A stretch of DNA of 64,000 nt from Spirochaetia bacterium (GCA_963677925.2 CAXXYH010000004.1:1248001-1312000); one strand, 5' to 3'; positions 1 to 10,886 are shown, counted from the stretch's first letter. Notes: a model not told the origin generated them from the sequence alone. Numbers and translations: made by a program.

Positions 1-2
1 CG

Positions 3-251
3 GTTGCAAGAGCTATGTGGAAACCGCTGCCCGATCTTTCAACAGCAGCCGAAGCCTGGATTCTCGGCGGAGGTGCACACCATACCGCCTTCAGCAAGGA
101 TGTTACATCTGAAATGCTGACCGATTATGCTGAAATGCTTGGAATAGAAATAGCCGTAATAAAGAACGGAACCGAAATAGGAAGCTTCAAGAATGAGCTT
201 AAATGGAATGACCTGTATTATACAATGAGAGCTTTTTCAGGCGGAGTCTAA
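3..251 (+). CDS. araA: L-arabinose isomerase, C-terminal part (truncated by the window edge)
   Basis: VARAMWKPLPDL...AWILGGGAHHTAFS...FKNELKWND is the typical AraA C-terminus; araD lies 9 kb downstream. Confidence 0.92.
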   Translation, partial: VARAMWKPLPDLSTAAEAWILGGGAHHTAFSKDVTSEMLTDYAEMLGIEIAVIKNGTEIGSFKNELKWNDLYYTMRAFSGGV

Positions 252-269
252 CCAACATAGAGTAATCTT

Positions 270-302
270 AGCCCCGGGCTTATAGGTCCGGGGCTTTTTT
301 TT
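270..302 (+). terminator. Intrinsic terminator after araA
   Basis: AGCCCCGGG...TCCGGGGCT stem followed by a T-run. Confidence 0.85.
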
Positions 303-508
303 ACGCTTACTCGGCCGGGTTCTTCAGAATCTTTTGTGCAGACAAAAAAACGTAAAAAATCCTAAATTCAGCATAAAAAAATCAACTTTTTCACTGGAAT
401 ATCCTGAATACGGCGGACCGCCGTAAAATGTCCAACCAAAGTCGATAAGATAGTTCATGTACTTCTGAAATTTCCGGCCCTACAATCATAAAAAACTCAG
501 GAGGTTCT

Positions 509-1477
509 ATGAACAGAAAAATTTTATGTGTTTTGGGCATACTGCTTGTATTAAGCCCGTTTGCGCTTTTTGCAGGAGGCCAGCAGGATTCAGGTCTTAT
601 TAAAGTCGGAATCATAAATAACCCACCATCCGAATCAGGATACCGTGCTGCAAATGTGGCAGATTTTGAAAAAGTATTTACCGAAGCAAACGGATACGAA
701 GTTTCAAGCTTTTACAGTCTTAAAAATGATGAGCAGCTGAATGCAGCAAGTCAGTTTATAAACGATAAGGTTGACTACATTCTTCTTTCCGCAGCTGCAA
801 CTGACGGCTGGGATTCAGTCCTTGCAAATGCAAAGGAAGCAGGTATCAGAGTATTTCTGTTTGACCGGATGCTCAATGCCAGTTCCGACCTTTATGAAGC
901 TGCTGTAGTTTCAGATATGGCAAACCAGGGTGATACTGCTGTTAAGTGGCTTAAGACTCAGAAGCTGTCGGAATACAACGTTATTCACATTCAGGGCGCA
1001 ATGGGAAGTGATGCCCAGATTGGTCGTACAAATGCACTTGAAGCAGAATTCAAGGCCGGAAAGATGAATAAGGTTGCCCAGCAGACTGCAACCTGGGATG
1101 AAGCCGAGGCAAAGAAGATAGTTGAATCAGTAATTAACTCAGGCGAGCCCTTCAATGTTATCTATGCCGAAAATGACGGAATGGCAAAAGGTGCAGTAGC
1201 TGCTCTTGATGATGCCGGTATTACTCACGGTGTTGACAAGGATGTTGTTGTAATGGGTTTTGACTGCAACAAGTGGGCTCTTAGAGAGCTGCTTGCCGGC
1301 AACTGGAATTATGACGGACAGTGCAGCCCGTTTCAGGCTTCTGTAATTGACGGAATGATTAAGAAAATTGAAGGCGGCGGAACACTTCCTTCAAAGAAGG
1401 TTATATCAGAAGAAAAGGGATTTGATGCAAGGACAATTACTCAGAAAGATATAGATACATACGGTCTGGGTGACTGA
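509..1477 (+). CDS. Sugar ABC transporter substrate-binding protein (YtfQ-like; probably binds an arabinose/galactose furanose)
   Basis: Signal peptide, ESGYRAAN, DGWDSVL, YAENDGMA periplasmic binding protein type I motifs; AGGAGG RBS. Confidence 0.85.
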   Translation: MNRKILCVLGILLVLSPFALFAGGQQDSGLIKVGIINNPPSESGYRAANVADFEKVFTEANGYEVSSFYSLKNDEQLNAASQFINDKVDYILLSAAATDGWDSVLANAKEAGIRVFLFDRMLNASSDLYEAAVVSDMANQGDTAVKWLKTQKLSEYNVIHIQGAMGSDAQIGRTNALEAEFKAGKMNKVAQQTATWDEAEAKKIVESVINSGEPFNVIYAENDGMAKGAVAALDDAGITHGVDKDVVVMGFDCNKWALRELLAGNWNYDGQCSPFQASVIDGMIKKIEGGGTLPSKKVISEEKGFDARTITQKDIDTYGLGD

Positions 1478-1578
1478 TTGCTGAAGGCATTCTAAGGACG
1501 GATGCTGATTGGGGCGCGAAGTATGCATGAATTTCAGGCATGCTCCGCGCCGTTATTTTTAAAGGCGGGTTGATACTA

Positions 1579-3099
1579 ATGAATAATGACATCGTATTGT
1601 CCATGCACGGAATCGGAAAGCGATTTCCGGGTGTAAGGGCTTTGCATAATGTGGATTTTACCCTGTGCCGGGGAGAAATCCATGCTTTAATGGGAGAGAA
1701 CGGTGCCGGTAAATCAACGCTGGTAAAGGTTCTTACCGGTGTTTACCAGAAAGATTCCGGGCAGATAAGACTATCCGGAATTGAGAGGGATCTGACGATT
1801 AAATCTCCACAGGATGCCCAGAATCTGGGCATCAGTACGGTTTATCAGGAGATAACCCTGTGTCCGAATCTTACTGTAGCCGAAAACATGTTTATCGGGC
1901 GTGGTAATTACCGGTTTGTAAACTGGCGTTCAATTGAAAAAAAGGCCGATGAAATTCTTAAGCGGCTAAATATTCCTGCCAGTGCATCCAGGCAGCTCGG
2001 ATCCTGTTCCCTTGCTGTGCAGCAGATGGTTGCGGTTGCCCGTGCTGTTGACATGGACTGTAAGATCCTCATCCTTGATGAACCGACATCCTCGCTTGAT
2101 GAGCAGGAAGTAGAACTTTTGTTTTCACTGATGCGGGATCTTAAGAAGCGTGGAGTCGGAATAATTTTTATTACGCATTTTCTTGAGCAGGTGTATGAAG
2201 TCTGTGACAGAATAACCGTACTTCGAAACGGCGAGCTGGTCGGCGCCTACAATATAAAGGATTTGCCGCGTATTGAACTTATATCTGCGATGATGGGTAA
2301 GGACCTTGATGATATATCAGAACTGCAGGAACGCCGGAAAGCGGTCGCTTCAGAAGATATACCGGTCGTGTACGAAGCTGAAGGGCTGTCCAGTGCAGAG
2401 GGTACAAAGCCCTTTGATTTTAAGATCCGCAAGGGTGAGGTGAACGGCTTTACCGGACTGCTTGGATCCGGCCGAAGCGAAAGCGTAAGGGCTATATTCG
2501 GCGCAGATCGTATTACCGGCGGCAGGATTAAAATCAACGGGAAGGATGCAAGGATCTCCAAACCGAAGGATTCAATGAAACACGGAATCGGTTATCTGCC
2601 GGAGGACCGTAAGCTTGACGGTATCATTGAAGACCTGTCAGTCCGTGAGAATATCATCCTTGCCCTGCAGGTTTTAAAAGGTTTTTTCCGGCCCTTTTCA
2701 AGAGCCGAGGCCGAAAACTTCGCGGATAAATATATCAAAATGCTGGGAATCAAAACCGCTTCAACAGATACTCCCATTAAATCTCTGTCAGGGGGGAATC
2801 AGCAGAAGGCTATTCTTGCACGCTGGCTTCTGACGAATCCGCAGTATCTCATCCTTGATGAACCAACCCGTGGAATTGATGTAGGAACCAAGATTGAGAT
2901 TCAGAAACTCGTTCTTCAGCTGGCAGAAGAGGGGGTAAGCGTCTCTTTTATTTCATCTGAAATTGAGGAAATGCTCGCTACCTGCTCCAGACTGATTGTA
3001 ATGAGAGACAGAAATATTGTAGGTGAACTAAAGGGAGAGGATATGACCCAGACCAGTATTATGCATACTATTGCGGGGGAGGCTGATCGGAATGATTAA
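1579..3099 (+). CDS. Sugar ABC transporter ATP-binding protein (CUT2, YtfR-like)
   Basis: GENGAGKST Walker A, LSGGNQQK, DEPTRGIDVG; start moved to ATG 1579. Confidence 0.93.
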   Translation: MNNDIVLSMHGIGKRFPGVRALHNVDFTLCRGEIHALMGENGAGKSTLVKVLTGVYQKDSGQIRLSGIERDLTIKSPQDAQNLGISTVYQEITLCPNLTVAENMFIGRGNYRFVNWRSIEKKADEILKRLNIPASASRQLGSCSLAVQQMVAVARAVDMDCKILILDEPTSSLDEQEVELLFSLMRDLKKRGVGIIFITHFLEQVYEVCDRITVLRNGELVGAYNIKDLPRIELISAMMGKDLDDISELQERRKAVASEDIPVVYEAEGLSSAEGTKPFDFKIRKGEVNGFTGLLGSGRSESVRAIFGADRITGGRIKINGKDARISKPKDSMKHGIGYLPEDRKLDGIIEDLSVRENIILALQVLKGFFRPFSRAEAENFADKYIKMLGIKTASTDTPIKSLSGGNQQKAILARWLLTNPQYLILDEPTRGIDVGTKIEIQKLVLQLAEEGVSVSFISSEIEEMLATCSRLIVMRDRNIVGELKGEDMTQTSIMHTIAGEADRND

Positions 3100-4156
3100 G
3101 AGCCTATTTAGAAAACTTACCCGGTCGCAGCTGGCTATTCCGCTGTTTGCCCTCTTTCTGATTGTCATTTTTAATTTATTCAGGGATATCAGTTTCTTTT
3201 CGATAAGAGTAATCACAAATAACTATGGGAATACCGTGCTTTCCGGAAACCTTATCAGTATCCTCAACGGTGCTTCCGAACTGGCTATTCTGGCAATTGC
3301 AATGACTATGGTTACTTCGGCTACAAAGGGGCAGGATATAAGCGTCGGAGCCGCAGCGGCAATTGCAGGCAGTGTCTTTGTGAAGGTCCTGCGCGCAAAT
3401 GAAATTACAATGCCGGTTATCCTTGTGGCCCTTCTTGCGGCCTGCATTGTTGCTATTCTTTTTGCCCTTTTTACAGGGTCGCTTGTATCCTTTTTCAATA
3501 TCCAGCCTATGATTGCATCCCTGATACTGTTTACTGCTGGCCGGCCCATTGCCTACTGGATAAACGGAGGGGCTACCCCGAACGTTGAGAGCCCGCTGCT
3601 CGGTTACATAGGCAGTTTTATTCCGGGAATTCCTATCCCCAGTCCAATCCTGATTGTCGCGGTATTCGGAATTCTTGTGACTCTGGCTCTTAAATTTACA
3701 AATCTTGGTTTGTATACTCAGTCTGTCGGTATAAACGAAAAGGCAGCCCGCCTGAACGGGATTAATCCTGTAATGATTAAACTCCTGTCCTTCATGATTC
3801 TCGGAGTCTGTGTTGCCTTCGCCGGGGCAATTAATGTGAGCAGGATAGGATTGATTAATCATGAAACCATCCTTCTGGATATTGAAATGGATGCCATCCT
3901 TGCTGTTGCGATAGGCGGTAATGCCTTAAGCGGCGGTAAATTCAGGCTGGCAGGTTCGGTAATCGGAGCCTATATCATTCAGGCACTCACTATCACCCTG
4001 TATGCCATGAAGGTTTCCTCCACTGCCGTAAAAGCCTACAAGGCTGTTGTTATTATCGCTATAGTCATCATCGGTTCACCGGTAGTTCAGAAACATGCAA
4101 AGCAGCTGCGGGAAAGACTGTTCTCAAAATCAATGAAGCTGACGGAGGGTAACTGA
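3092..4156 (+). CDS. Sugar ABC transporter permease (YtfT-like)
   Basis: Hydrophobic protein with DISVG, EMDAILAVAIGG motifs; GGAGG RBS before ATG 3092. Confidence 0.9.
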   Translation: MIKSLFRKLTRSQLAIPLFALFLIVIFNLFRDISFFSIRVITNNYGNTVLSGNLISILNGASELAILAIAMTMVTSATKGQDISVGAAAAIAGSVFVKVLRANEITMPVILVALLAACIVAILFALFTGSLVSFFNIQPMIASLILFTAGRPIAYWINGGATPNVESPLLGYIGSFIPGIPIPSPILIVAVFGILVTLALKFTNLGLYTQSVGINEKAARLNGINPVMIKLLSFMILGVCVAFAGAINVSRIGLINHETILLDIEMDAILAVAIGGNALSGGKFRLAGSVIGAYIIQALTITLYAMKVSSTAVKAYKAVVIIAIVIIGSPVVQKHAKQLRERLFSKSMKLTEGN

Positions 4157-4157
4157 T

Positions 4158-5198
4158 ATGCTGAATAAAAAATCCGGCAAAAAACTTAAAGAACCTGTCT
4201 CAAACACCGCATTACTGCTGACCATTACAGTAAGCGCTTTTGTCGCAATGTATGTCCTTGCAATGATAATCTGGGGCGGCGGATTTCTTAATCCGCAGCA
4301 GTTTTTTGATATGTTCAACAATAACGCCTATCTGATAATTGTATCCTGCGGGCTTACCGTCGTGATGATAGCTGCGGGGATAGATATTTCGGTAGGAGGA
4401 ATGATTGCCCTGGTTACCATGACCAGCGTTGTCTGTATAGAAGATTTCGGTTTCGGCATTGCAGGGTCAATTATCCTTGCACTCGGAATGGGGCTTGCAA
4501 TCGGAGGAATTCAGGGGTTTCTGATCTCCTATCTGGAAATTCAGCCGTTTATTGTTACTCTCGGGGGGATGTTTTTTACCAAGGGCCTTACCACCATAGT
4601 AAGCAAGGTGCCGAGAACCGTAACAAATGAATCGTTTCTTGCCCTCAAGAATTTCAGGCTGATAGTTCCGGGGATCGGCTCCTATGGAAAAACGGGTAAC
4701 TTTATACCTGTAAGGGTGGAGCCCGGAGTAATTGTGGCCGTTTTGATAGTTGTGCTGATATGGGCCGCTCTGAGGTGGACCAGATTCGGACGCAATCTAT
4801 ACGCTGTAGGCGGAAACAGCCAGAGTGCCCTTATGCTGGGTATCAATGTGAAGCGCACAAGATTTTTCTCATACCTGCTCAGCGGTCTGCTTGCCGGTAT
4901 AGGCGGCTATATTTATCTGCTGCACACTGGTGCCGGTAATGCCGCAAATGCCACTCAGGCTGAAATTCAGGCGATAGCCTCATCAATTATCGGCGGGACT
5001 CTGCTTACCGGCGGAGTGGGGAGTGTTGTCGGTACACTGTTCGGGGTGCTTTCGCTGAAGACTATAAGCAATATAGTTATTGCCTCGGGTTTAAGAGAGC
5101 CCTACTGGCAGAGTATTACAATAGGGCTTATGCTGTGCTTTTTTATCCTGCTTCAGAGCGTGATTCTTGCTGTCCGTAAGAAGGGCGGCGCCGGTTAA
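4158..5198 (+). CDS. Sugar ABC transporter permease (YjfF-like)
   Basis: GIDISVG, TRFGRNLYAVGGN, IIGGTLLTGGVG motifs. Confidence 0.9.
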   Translation: MLNKKSGKKLKEPVSNTALLLTITVSAFVAMYVLAMIIWGGGFLNPQQFFDMFNNNAYLIIVSCGLTVVMIAAGIDISVGGMIALVTMTSVVCIEDFGFGIAGSIILALGMGLAIGGIQGFLISYLEIQPFIVTLGGMFFTKGLTTIVSKVPRTVTNESFLALKNFRLIVPGIGSYGKTGNFIPVRVEPGVIVAVLIVVLIWAALRWTRFGRNLYAVGGNSQSALMLGINVKRTRFFSYLLSGLLAGIGGYIYLLHTGAGNAANATQAEIQAIASSIIGGTLLTGGVGSVVGTLFGVLSLKTISNIVIASGLREPYWQSITIGLMLCFFILLQSVILAVRKKGGAG

Positions 5199-5231
5199 GT
5201 AATAAGCTTTAATGTTATAACGCGTCCAGGT

Positions 5232-6824
5232 TCAGGTTCTTACCGCTGCTGATGACCGGTATTCCTTCGGTGAGACTCCCATATTCTTCTTGAATATAAA
5301 GCTGAAGTAGTGCGGATCGCTGTATCCTGCCTCAAAGGCGATGTCGGAGCATTTCATTTCGCTTTCAAGAAGAAGCCTGCCGGCGTGCTCCATCCGAACA
5401 GCGGTAAGATACTCAATGAAGGTTTTGCCGACATCCTGTGAGAATATGGTGCTGAAGTGGTTGGGGCTGACGTTTACGTAAGATGCGACTGAGTTAAGGG
5501 AAATATCCTGACTCATGAAATTCTTTCTGATGTACTGCTTTGCTTCCTGAATCCGGATGTTATGCTTTTTTCCCATAGTCGAATCCCGGAAATTGATCCA
5601 TTCTTCAAGAATCGATTTTATCTGTTCCCTGAAAATTGATTCGGAAGCTGAAGCTTCAAGCAGTTTTTCGTGTGTATCAAGCTGCTTGATTATCCCGGCC
5701 GGGCCGCCGCCTGCTTCCTTTATGAGTTCGCTGACCGAATCGATGAGATCCTTAAGCAGCAGGAAAAGCAGATTCCGGTTAGTATCGGGGCCATCACTGT
5801 TTCCCGTCAGCTTCAGGTACGATTGCGTGAATTCTTCAATATTCCCGAAATCGATGCTTTTAAGCTGTCCGGTGAGATGCCCGTTCTCCGCCTGGAGCTG
5901 TTTTACAGTCATTGCCCAGTTTAAATCATCTGTTCCGAGTATGTTCTTTTTTCCTGAAATATTCATATACCGGATCAACCTGTCTGCAGAAGTGTAGGAA
6001 TAAACTATTTCACTGATGTGTTCTGCTCTGGTTCCTATTCCGATAGAAACCGGGCATCCGGTCTTTCTTTCGGTTTCAAATTTAACCGCCTGCGCCAGTG
6101 TATAGAGGCTGTCATCCGTGTTTTCAGCCGCTGTTTTCACCAGGAGTATCTGCTTTGCCTGGCTCAGGGGGAATGAAATTACATCGGATCTTCCATCGAG
6201 CGTAGCATTTATTACCTCGCGGGCAAGGCTGTATTTAGAATAATCATCACCGGCCGGATAAAACTCGGTTATCATGCATACATATCCTCTGCTTATAAGG
6301 TCTATTCCGAATTCCATTGCAGTTTCCATAGCATTGACTGAATCAGTCTGGCCGGTTACCAGCCGGCTCAGCCACTTTTCCTTCATCAGCTCTTCATTTG
6401 TGCTGACTTTCTTTTTCAGATTTTCCAGATCATTAAGTCTGCGTCTTTCCCCGGTAAGTCTGTCTGCTACTCTGTCCAGTGTAGATATCATTTCCGCTGC
6501 AGATATGGGTTTTAAGAGATATTCTTCAATCCCTATTGAGATAGCCTCCTTTGCATACTGAAACTCGTCATGTCCGGAAAGTATGATTATTTTAAGCCAG
6601 GGCTGATCTTTTTTGATTATTCTGGCAAGAGTCAGTCCGTCCATAAAAGGCATTTTAATGTCGGTAATCAGAATGTCAGGCTTGATCTCCCTGAGCGCAT
6701 GCAGGGCCATCTCGCCGTCCGGCGCCTCTCCTGCGAGAGTGTAGCGGGTACTCTCCCACGGGATGCTGTTTCTTATTCCTTCCCTTGTGACTATCTCATC
6801 CTCAACAAGAAATACACTATACAT
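5232..6824 (-). CDS. Two-component response regulator, REC plus AraC HTH (YesN-like)
   Basis: LVEDE, ITDIKMPFMDG, YLLKP receiver domain; C-terminal GYSDPHYFSFIFKKNMGVSPKEYR. Confidence 0.92.
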   Translation of the reverse strand: MYSVFLVEDEIVTREGIRNSIPWESTRYTLAGEAPDGEMALHALREIKPDILITDIKMPFMDGLTLARIIKKDQPWLKIIILSGHDEFQYAKEAISIGIEEYLLKPISAAEMISTLDRVADRLTGERRRLNDLENLKKKVSTNEELMKEKWLSRLVTGQTDSVNAMETAMEFGIDLISRGYVCMITEFYPAGDDYSKYSLAREVINATLDGRSDVISFPLSQAKQILLVKTAAENTDDSLYTLAQAVKFETERKTGCPVSIGIGTRAEHISEIVYSYTSADRLIRYMNISGKKNILGTDDLNWAMTVKQLQAENGHLTGQLKSIDFGNIEEFTQSYLKLTGNSDGPDTNRNLLFLLLKDLIDSVSELIKEAGGGPAGIIKQLDTHEKLLEASASESIFREQIKSILEEWINFRDSTMGKKHNIRIQEAKQYIRKNFMSQDISLNSVASYVNVSPNHFSTIFSQDVGKTFIEYLTAVRMEHAGRLLLESEMKCSDIAFEAGYSDPHYFSFIFKKNMGVSPKEYRSSAAVRT

Positions 6825-8283
6825 TCTCAACCTCCGGAACCCTGAACGTAACTGAAGTCCCTTTTAAATATTCACTTTGAATTTCGAGAGATGCCCGTCC
6901 ATTGTAGTAGAGCTCAAGCCGCTTGTTTACATTATAAAGCCCGTAAACATCGCCTACAGCCGAATGATCCGCCTCGCTGTTCATCTGATGCTTGATATCC
7001 TCAAGCCGCTCGGGCTGTATTCCAATACCGTCATCATCAACCCTGAAGTATAGAAATGCATTATCGCGCCAGCCTTTAACCAGAAGGTTTCCGCGGCCTC
7101 TTTTGTTTTTTATTCCGTGGTACAGGGCGTTCTCAACAATAGGCTGAAGAAGCAGTTTGAGCATAGATTCCTGCATCATGGATTCATCGAATTCTATTTC
7201 ATAGTTTAGAATATCCCGGTAACGGACTTTCTGGATGCTCAGATAATTACAGGCATGTTCATACTCATTCTGAACCGAGGTCCAGTCGCGGCCTTTGTTA
7301 AGTGTTGTCCGGAAGAAGCTTGAAAAATTCCTGGCAACATCGATAACCTCATCATGTCTGCGGCCTTCAGCCAGCCAGACTATGGTGTCAAGTGTATTAT
7401 AGAGGAAATGAGGAGTAATCTGAGCCTGAAGCGCCTTCATCTCAGATTTCTGAAAGTTTTTCTGTTCCTCAATATTGGCTTCAATAAGTTTCTTGATTTT
7501 CTCTGCCATGATATTCAGGTTTTCGGTCAGATTATCCAGCTCTTCTACGTGAGGCTGATCAGCTCTTGCGGCAAGGTTTCCCGATGCAATCTCACTGGAT
7601 AAATTTTCGAGCTCTCTGATCGGAAGGTTTATGGTTGTTGATACATACCGCTGGGTAAAAATGGAAAAAAGCATTACAAAAATTACTATCATAATCTGCA
7701 GGATAGAAAGCATAACCGATATCTGCTTTATGTTCTCATTAGTAATCGAAGCAGCTTCAATTTCCAGAACTATGAACTCCTGCAGAATGTCGGATATAAG
7801 CTCTGATACGCCCCGGATTTCATCCAGAATATCTTCGTTTTCGGTTACGGGATACTGCTCCTGTATCTGGTAACCCAGCCGGTCAACGTATCTGGAGAGC
7901 GTATCCAGCGCACGGCCTGCGACTTCAAGCATTCTTCTGTTTTCGGTAATTTCTGTATTTTTAAATATCAAATCAAGCCGGCGGCCTATATCGTAGAGTA
8001 TTTCATACTGCCTGCCTTCGTCGAATCCACGGCTGCCTGCAACGATATCCCAGATTTCATTGGAAATCTCAGTTTTTACAATCTGGTTCAGTCTGTTTGT
8101 CTGGCTTACGTTTGTTATTGTTCTGTCATATCGTGCAATCTGAAGCCAGCTTGAAGCAATGCTTATTACCGGTGCTATGAGCATAAGGCAGATAATTACG
8201 ATGTATGAGCTCTGCAGTATCTGTCTGATGCTGGCTGTTTTTCTTTTACCGGCTGATATTTCTGTTCCGGATTCGGTTTTCAT
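6817..8283 (-). CDS. Sensor histidine kinase with HAMP domain (YesM/LytS-like)
   Basis: Two TM segments, ALQAQITPHFLYNTL H-box, LQPIVENALYHG, DDGIG, YGLYNV. Confidence 0.92.
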   Translation of the reverse strand: MKTESGTEISAGKRKTASIRQILQSSYIVIICLMLIAPVISIASSWLQIARYDRTITNVSQTNRLNQIVKTEISNEIWDIVAGSRGFDEGRQYEILYDIGRRLDLIFKNTEITENRRMLEVAGRALDTLSRYVDRLGYQIQEQYPVTENEDILDEIRGVSELISDILQEFIVLEIEAASITNENIKQISVMLSILQIMIVIFVMLFSIFTQRYVSTTINLPIRELENLSSEIASGNLAARADQPHVEELDNLTENLNIMAEKIKKLIEANIEEQKNFQKSEMKALQAQITPHFLYNTLDTIVWLAEGRRHDEVIDVARNFSSFFRTTLNKGRDWTSVQNEYEHACNYLSIQKVRYRDILNYEIEFDESMMQESMLKLLLQPIVENALYHGIKNKRGRGNLLVKGWRDNAFLYFRVDDDGIGIQPERLEDIKHQMNSEADHSAVGDVYGLYNVNKRLELYYNGRASLEIQSEYLKGTSVTFRVPEVENV

Positions 8284-8284
8284 C

Positions 8285-9295
8285 TCAGTAACCCCTCGGG
8301 GCAAGTGCGGATAAATCATCCCATTCAGTAAAAACCTCTTCCTTTACATGTATCAGCCTCGGGATTGTTTCTCCCCTTGCAAGCTGCCGGCTCAGTGATA
8401 TAATTTCGGGGCCTGTTTTAGGATTGCATTCAATAACACAGTTGATTTCACCGCGTTCCAGAGCATCTATAGCGGCCTGTTCCGCGTCTATACTGATAAT
8501 TACTATATCCGTTCCGGGTTTTATTCCACGCTCATGCATGGCGTCGATGGCCCCCAGAGCCATACCGTCGTTGTGGGAGTACAGGACGTCGATGTTGTTG
8601 ATGGTGTCAAGAATTTGAACCATTAATTCATAACCCTTGGATCTTAGGAAGTCGCCTGATATGCTGTGCACAATCTCAATTTCAGGATACTCTGAAATAC
8701 AGTCCCGGAATCCTGCCGCTCTTCCGGTAGCTACTGATGAACCTTCGGTTCCTGTTATTTCAATAACCCGGATCTTTTTTCCGGATGTGCGGTTTTCTTC
8801 TATATACAGGCCGAATTTTTTAATTAGAAAATCTGCGGCATTCCAGCCTTCCTGTTCACTGTCTGTGCCGATAAACCCTGCATAAAGATTTTCGTCTTCG
8901 GTTTTGATCTTTCTGTCCGTAATCAGAACAGGAATGCCTGCATCTCTCGCTTCAATCAGAATATTATCCCAGCCGGTCGCCACTATCGGGACGAAGGCTA
9001 TCACATCAACCTGGTAGGCAATAAATGAGCGCAGTGCCTTTATCTGATTCTCCTGCTTCTGTTCTGCGTTTTCAAAAAGCAGCTGTACGCCGCTTTCTCC
9101 GGCTGCATTTTTGATTGATTCCGTGTTGCATTTCCGCCAGGCGCTTTCGGCTCCTATCTGTGAAAAGCCCAGAATGATGCCGTCGCTGTTATCAACGGTT
9201 TCGGGAACCCCGGTCAGGGTTCTGCATTGTATAATACTGATAATAATAAAAGCGGCGATTATTGCTGATGCGATATATGCAAATTTTTTCGGCAT
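8285..9295 (-). CDS. Sugar-binding protein (YtfQ-like) linked to the two-component system
   Basis: [38 protein letters not shown]; abuts the kinase start. Confidence 0.88.
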   Translation of the reverse strand: MPKKFAYIASAIIAAFIIISIIQCRTLTGVPETVDNSDGIILGFSQIGAESAWRKCNTESIKNAAGESGVQLLFENAEQKQENQIKALRSFIAYQVDVIAFVPIVATGWDNILIEARDAGIPVLITDRKIKTEDENLYAGFIGTDSEQEGWNAADFLIKKFGLYIEENRTSGKKIRVIEITGTEGSSVATGRAAGFRDCISEYPEIEIVHSISGDFLRSKGYELMVQILDTINNIDVLYSHNDGMALGAIDAMHERGIKPGTDIVIISIDAEQAAIDALERGEINCVIECNPKTGPEIISLSRQLARGETIPRLIHVKEEVFTEWDDLSALAPRGY

Positions 9296-9398
9296 TGAGA
9301 AGCTGTTCCTTGCGTGTACGTTAACATATTCTAACCCTGATAGTATCTATAAGGCAAGAAAATATGTTATACTCGAAAAAAATACAGGAGTAGTGCTT

Positions 9399-10094
9399 AT
9401 GTTAGAAGAACTTAAAGAAGAAGTGTTCAGGGCAAACCTTGAACTTCCTGAATATAAATTAATCACCTTTACATGGGGAAACGTTTCCGGAATAGATAGG
9501 GAAAAAGGCCTGGTTGTTATAAAACCGTCAGGTGTCAGTTATTCTGATATGAAAGCTTCAGACATGGTTGTTGTGGATCTTGACGGAAAAAAGGTTGAAG
9601 GAGATCTTAATCCATCATCCGACACCCCCACTCACGTTGAGCTGTACAAGGCATTCAGTGATATCAGCGGTATAGTGCATACACACAGCCGGTGGGCGAC
9701 TATTTTTTCCCAGTGCGGTGCAGGTGTTCCCGCACTGGGTACAACTCATGCTGATTATTATTACGGTGAGATACCCTGTACACGTAAAATGACTTCGGAA
9801 GAAATTAAAACTGAGTATGAAAAGAATACAGGTGCTGTAATTATAGAAAGATTCAAAGATCTTGACCCTAATCAGGTTCCGGCAGTTCTTGTGAACAGTC
9901 ACGGCCCTTTTACATGGGGGAAATCTCCAAAGAATGCAGTTGAAAATGCTGTTGTCCTTGAGGAAGTGGCTATGATGGCCTGGCATTGTACTTTGTTTAC
10001 CGAAGGCAGTATTGAGCCGATGCAGCAGGTGCTGCTAGATAAGCATTACCTCAGGAAGCATGGTCCCGGTGCATATTACGGACAAAAAAAGTAA
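9399..10094 (+). CDS. araD: L-ribulose-5-phosphate 4-epimerase
   Basis: [47 protein letters not shown]; AGGAG RBS before ATG 9399. Confidence 0.95.
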   Translation: MLEELKEEVFRANLELPEYKLITFTWGNVSGIDREKGLVVIKPSGVSYSDMKASDMVVVDLDGKKVEGDLNPSSDTPTHVELYKAFSDISGIVHTHSRWATIFSQCGAGVPALGTTHADYYYGEIPCTRKMTSEEIKTEYEKNTGAVIIERFKDLDPNQVPAVLVNSHGPFTWGKSPKNAVENAVVLEEVAMMAWHCTLFTEGSIEPMQQVLLDKHYLRKHGPGAYYGQKK

Positions 10095-10589
10095 ATGATA
10101 AGACCTGTTGCTGCTGCGGATTCCGAGCGAATCTGCAGTATTTATAATTACTATGTTGAAAACACTGTAATTACCTTTGAAGAACTTGCTTTGACTGCTG
10201 ATGAGATGCAGATGAGAATAGCGGGTATCTCTGAATCCTTTCCCTATTTTGTGTATGAACATGAGGGCGAGGTTATCGGCTATGCTTATGCTGCGCGGTT
10301 CCGTCCCCGTGAGGCCTACCGCTATACCGTCGAACTGTCCATTTATGTTGATAAGGATTGTCAGCGGCTGGGTGCAGGTTCTGCTCTTATGCAGTCCCTG
10401 CTTGAAGAACTGAAGCATCGGGACTTTCATTCGGCTACCGGAATTATTGCTTTACCGAATGAAAAGAGTGTCAAACTTCATGAACGTTACGGCTTTAAAA
10501 AAGTCGGCCATATTTATGAAGTCGGCTATAAGTTTGGTAAATGGATAGATGTAGGGTACTGGCAGCTCCCGCTTTATACTGAAATTTGA
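10095..10589 (+). CDS. GNAT N-acetyltransferase, phosphinothricin/L-amino-acid acetyltransferase family (YncA/Pat-like)
   Basis: IYNYYVENTVITFE, GYAYA..FRPREAY, PNEKSVKLHE, GYKFGKWIDVGYWQ. Confidence 0.88.
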   Translation: MIRPVAAADSERICSIYNYYVENTVITFEELALTADEMQMRIAGISESFPYFVYEHEGEVIGYAYAARFRPREAYRYTVELSIYVDKDCQRLGAGSALMQSLLEELKHRDFHSATGIIALPNEKSVKLHERYGFKKVGHIYEVGYKFGKWIDVGYWQLPLYTEI

Positions 10590-10756
10590 CCGGTATTTTT
10601 ATCAAAGTGAAAAGGTCATAAATTCTTGTATTTCGGCATAGTTTTAACCATACTTTAGCTTTTTCGTGTTTAGCTAACTGGTTATTTTGAAAGAATTTAA
10701 TTTAATAGAAAAACTGATAAATTCGTGAATTTTATCAAAGAATTTTTATGATTCTG

Positions 10757-10785
10757 TTGACATAAAAAGGCCTTTTCTATATATT
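10757..10785 (+). promoter_or_regulatory. rrn promoter P1 (sigma70 type)
   Basis: TTGACA-17 bp-TATATT with AT-rich upstream DNA. Confidence 0.75.
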
Positions 10786-10857
10786 CATCATCACACGTCA
10801 GAACAACAGATTGTTTGAAACTGACTGAGAAAAGTCAGAGAATAACGGTTTCGTTTC

Positions 10858-10886
10858 TTGACACAAATAACGGTAATTGGTAGTAT
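10858..10886 (+). promoter_or_regulatory. rrn promoter P2 (sigma70 type)
   Basis: TTGACA-17 bp-TAGTAT, 101 bp downstream of P1. Confidence 0.75.

Noticed and set aside
3176-3862. Long antisense ORFs (e.g. 3176-3862, 21382-21924, 57312-57815)
   Set aside because: They are shadows of well-supported genes on the opposite strand and have no recognisable motifs.
9111-9398. N-terminal ORF-track extensions (araD from 9111; likewise 27329, 34640, 37607, 51669, 58757)
   Set aside because: They overlap neighbouring genes or promoters; downstream starts with better RBS or family-typical N-termini fit better.
10095-10589. GNAT as part of arabinose metabolism or arsenic resistance
   Set aside because: It abuts araD, but the family is widespread, no ars genes are nearby and no functional link can be supported.
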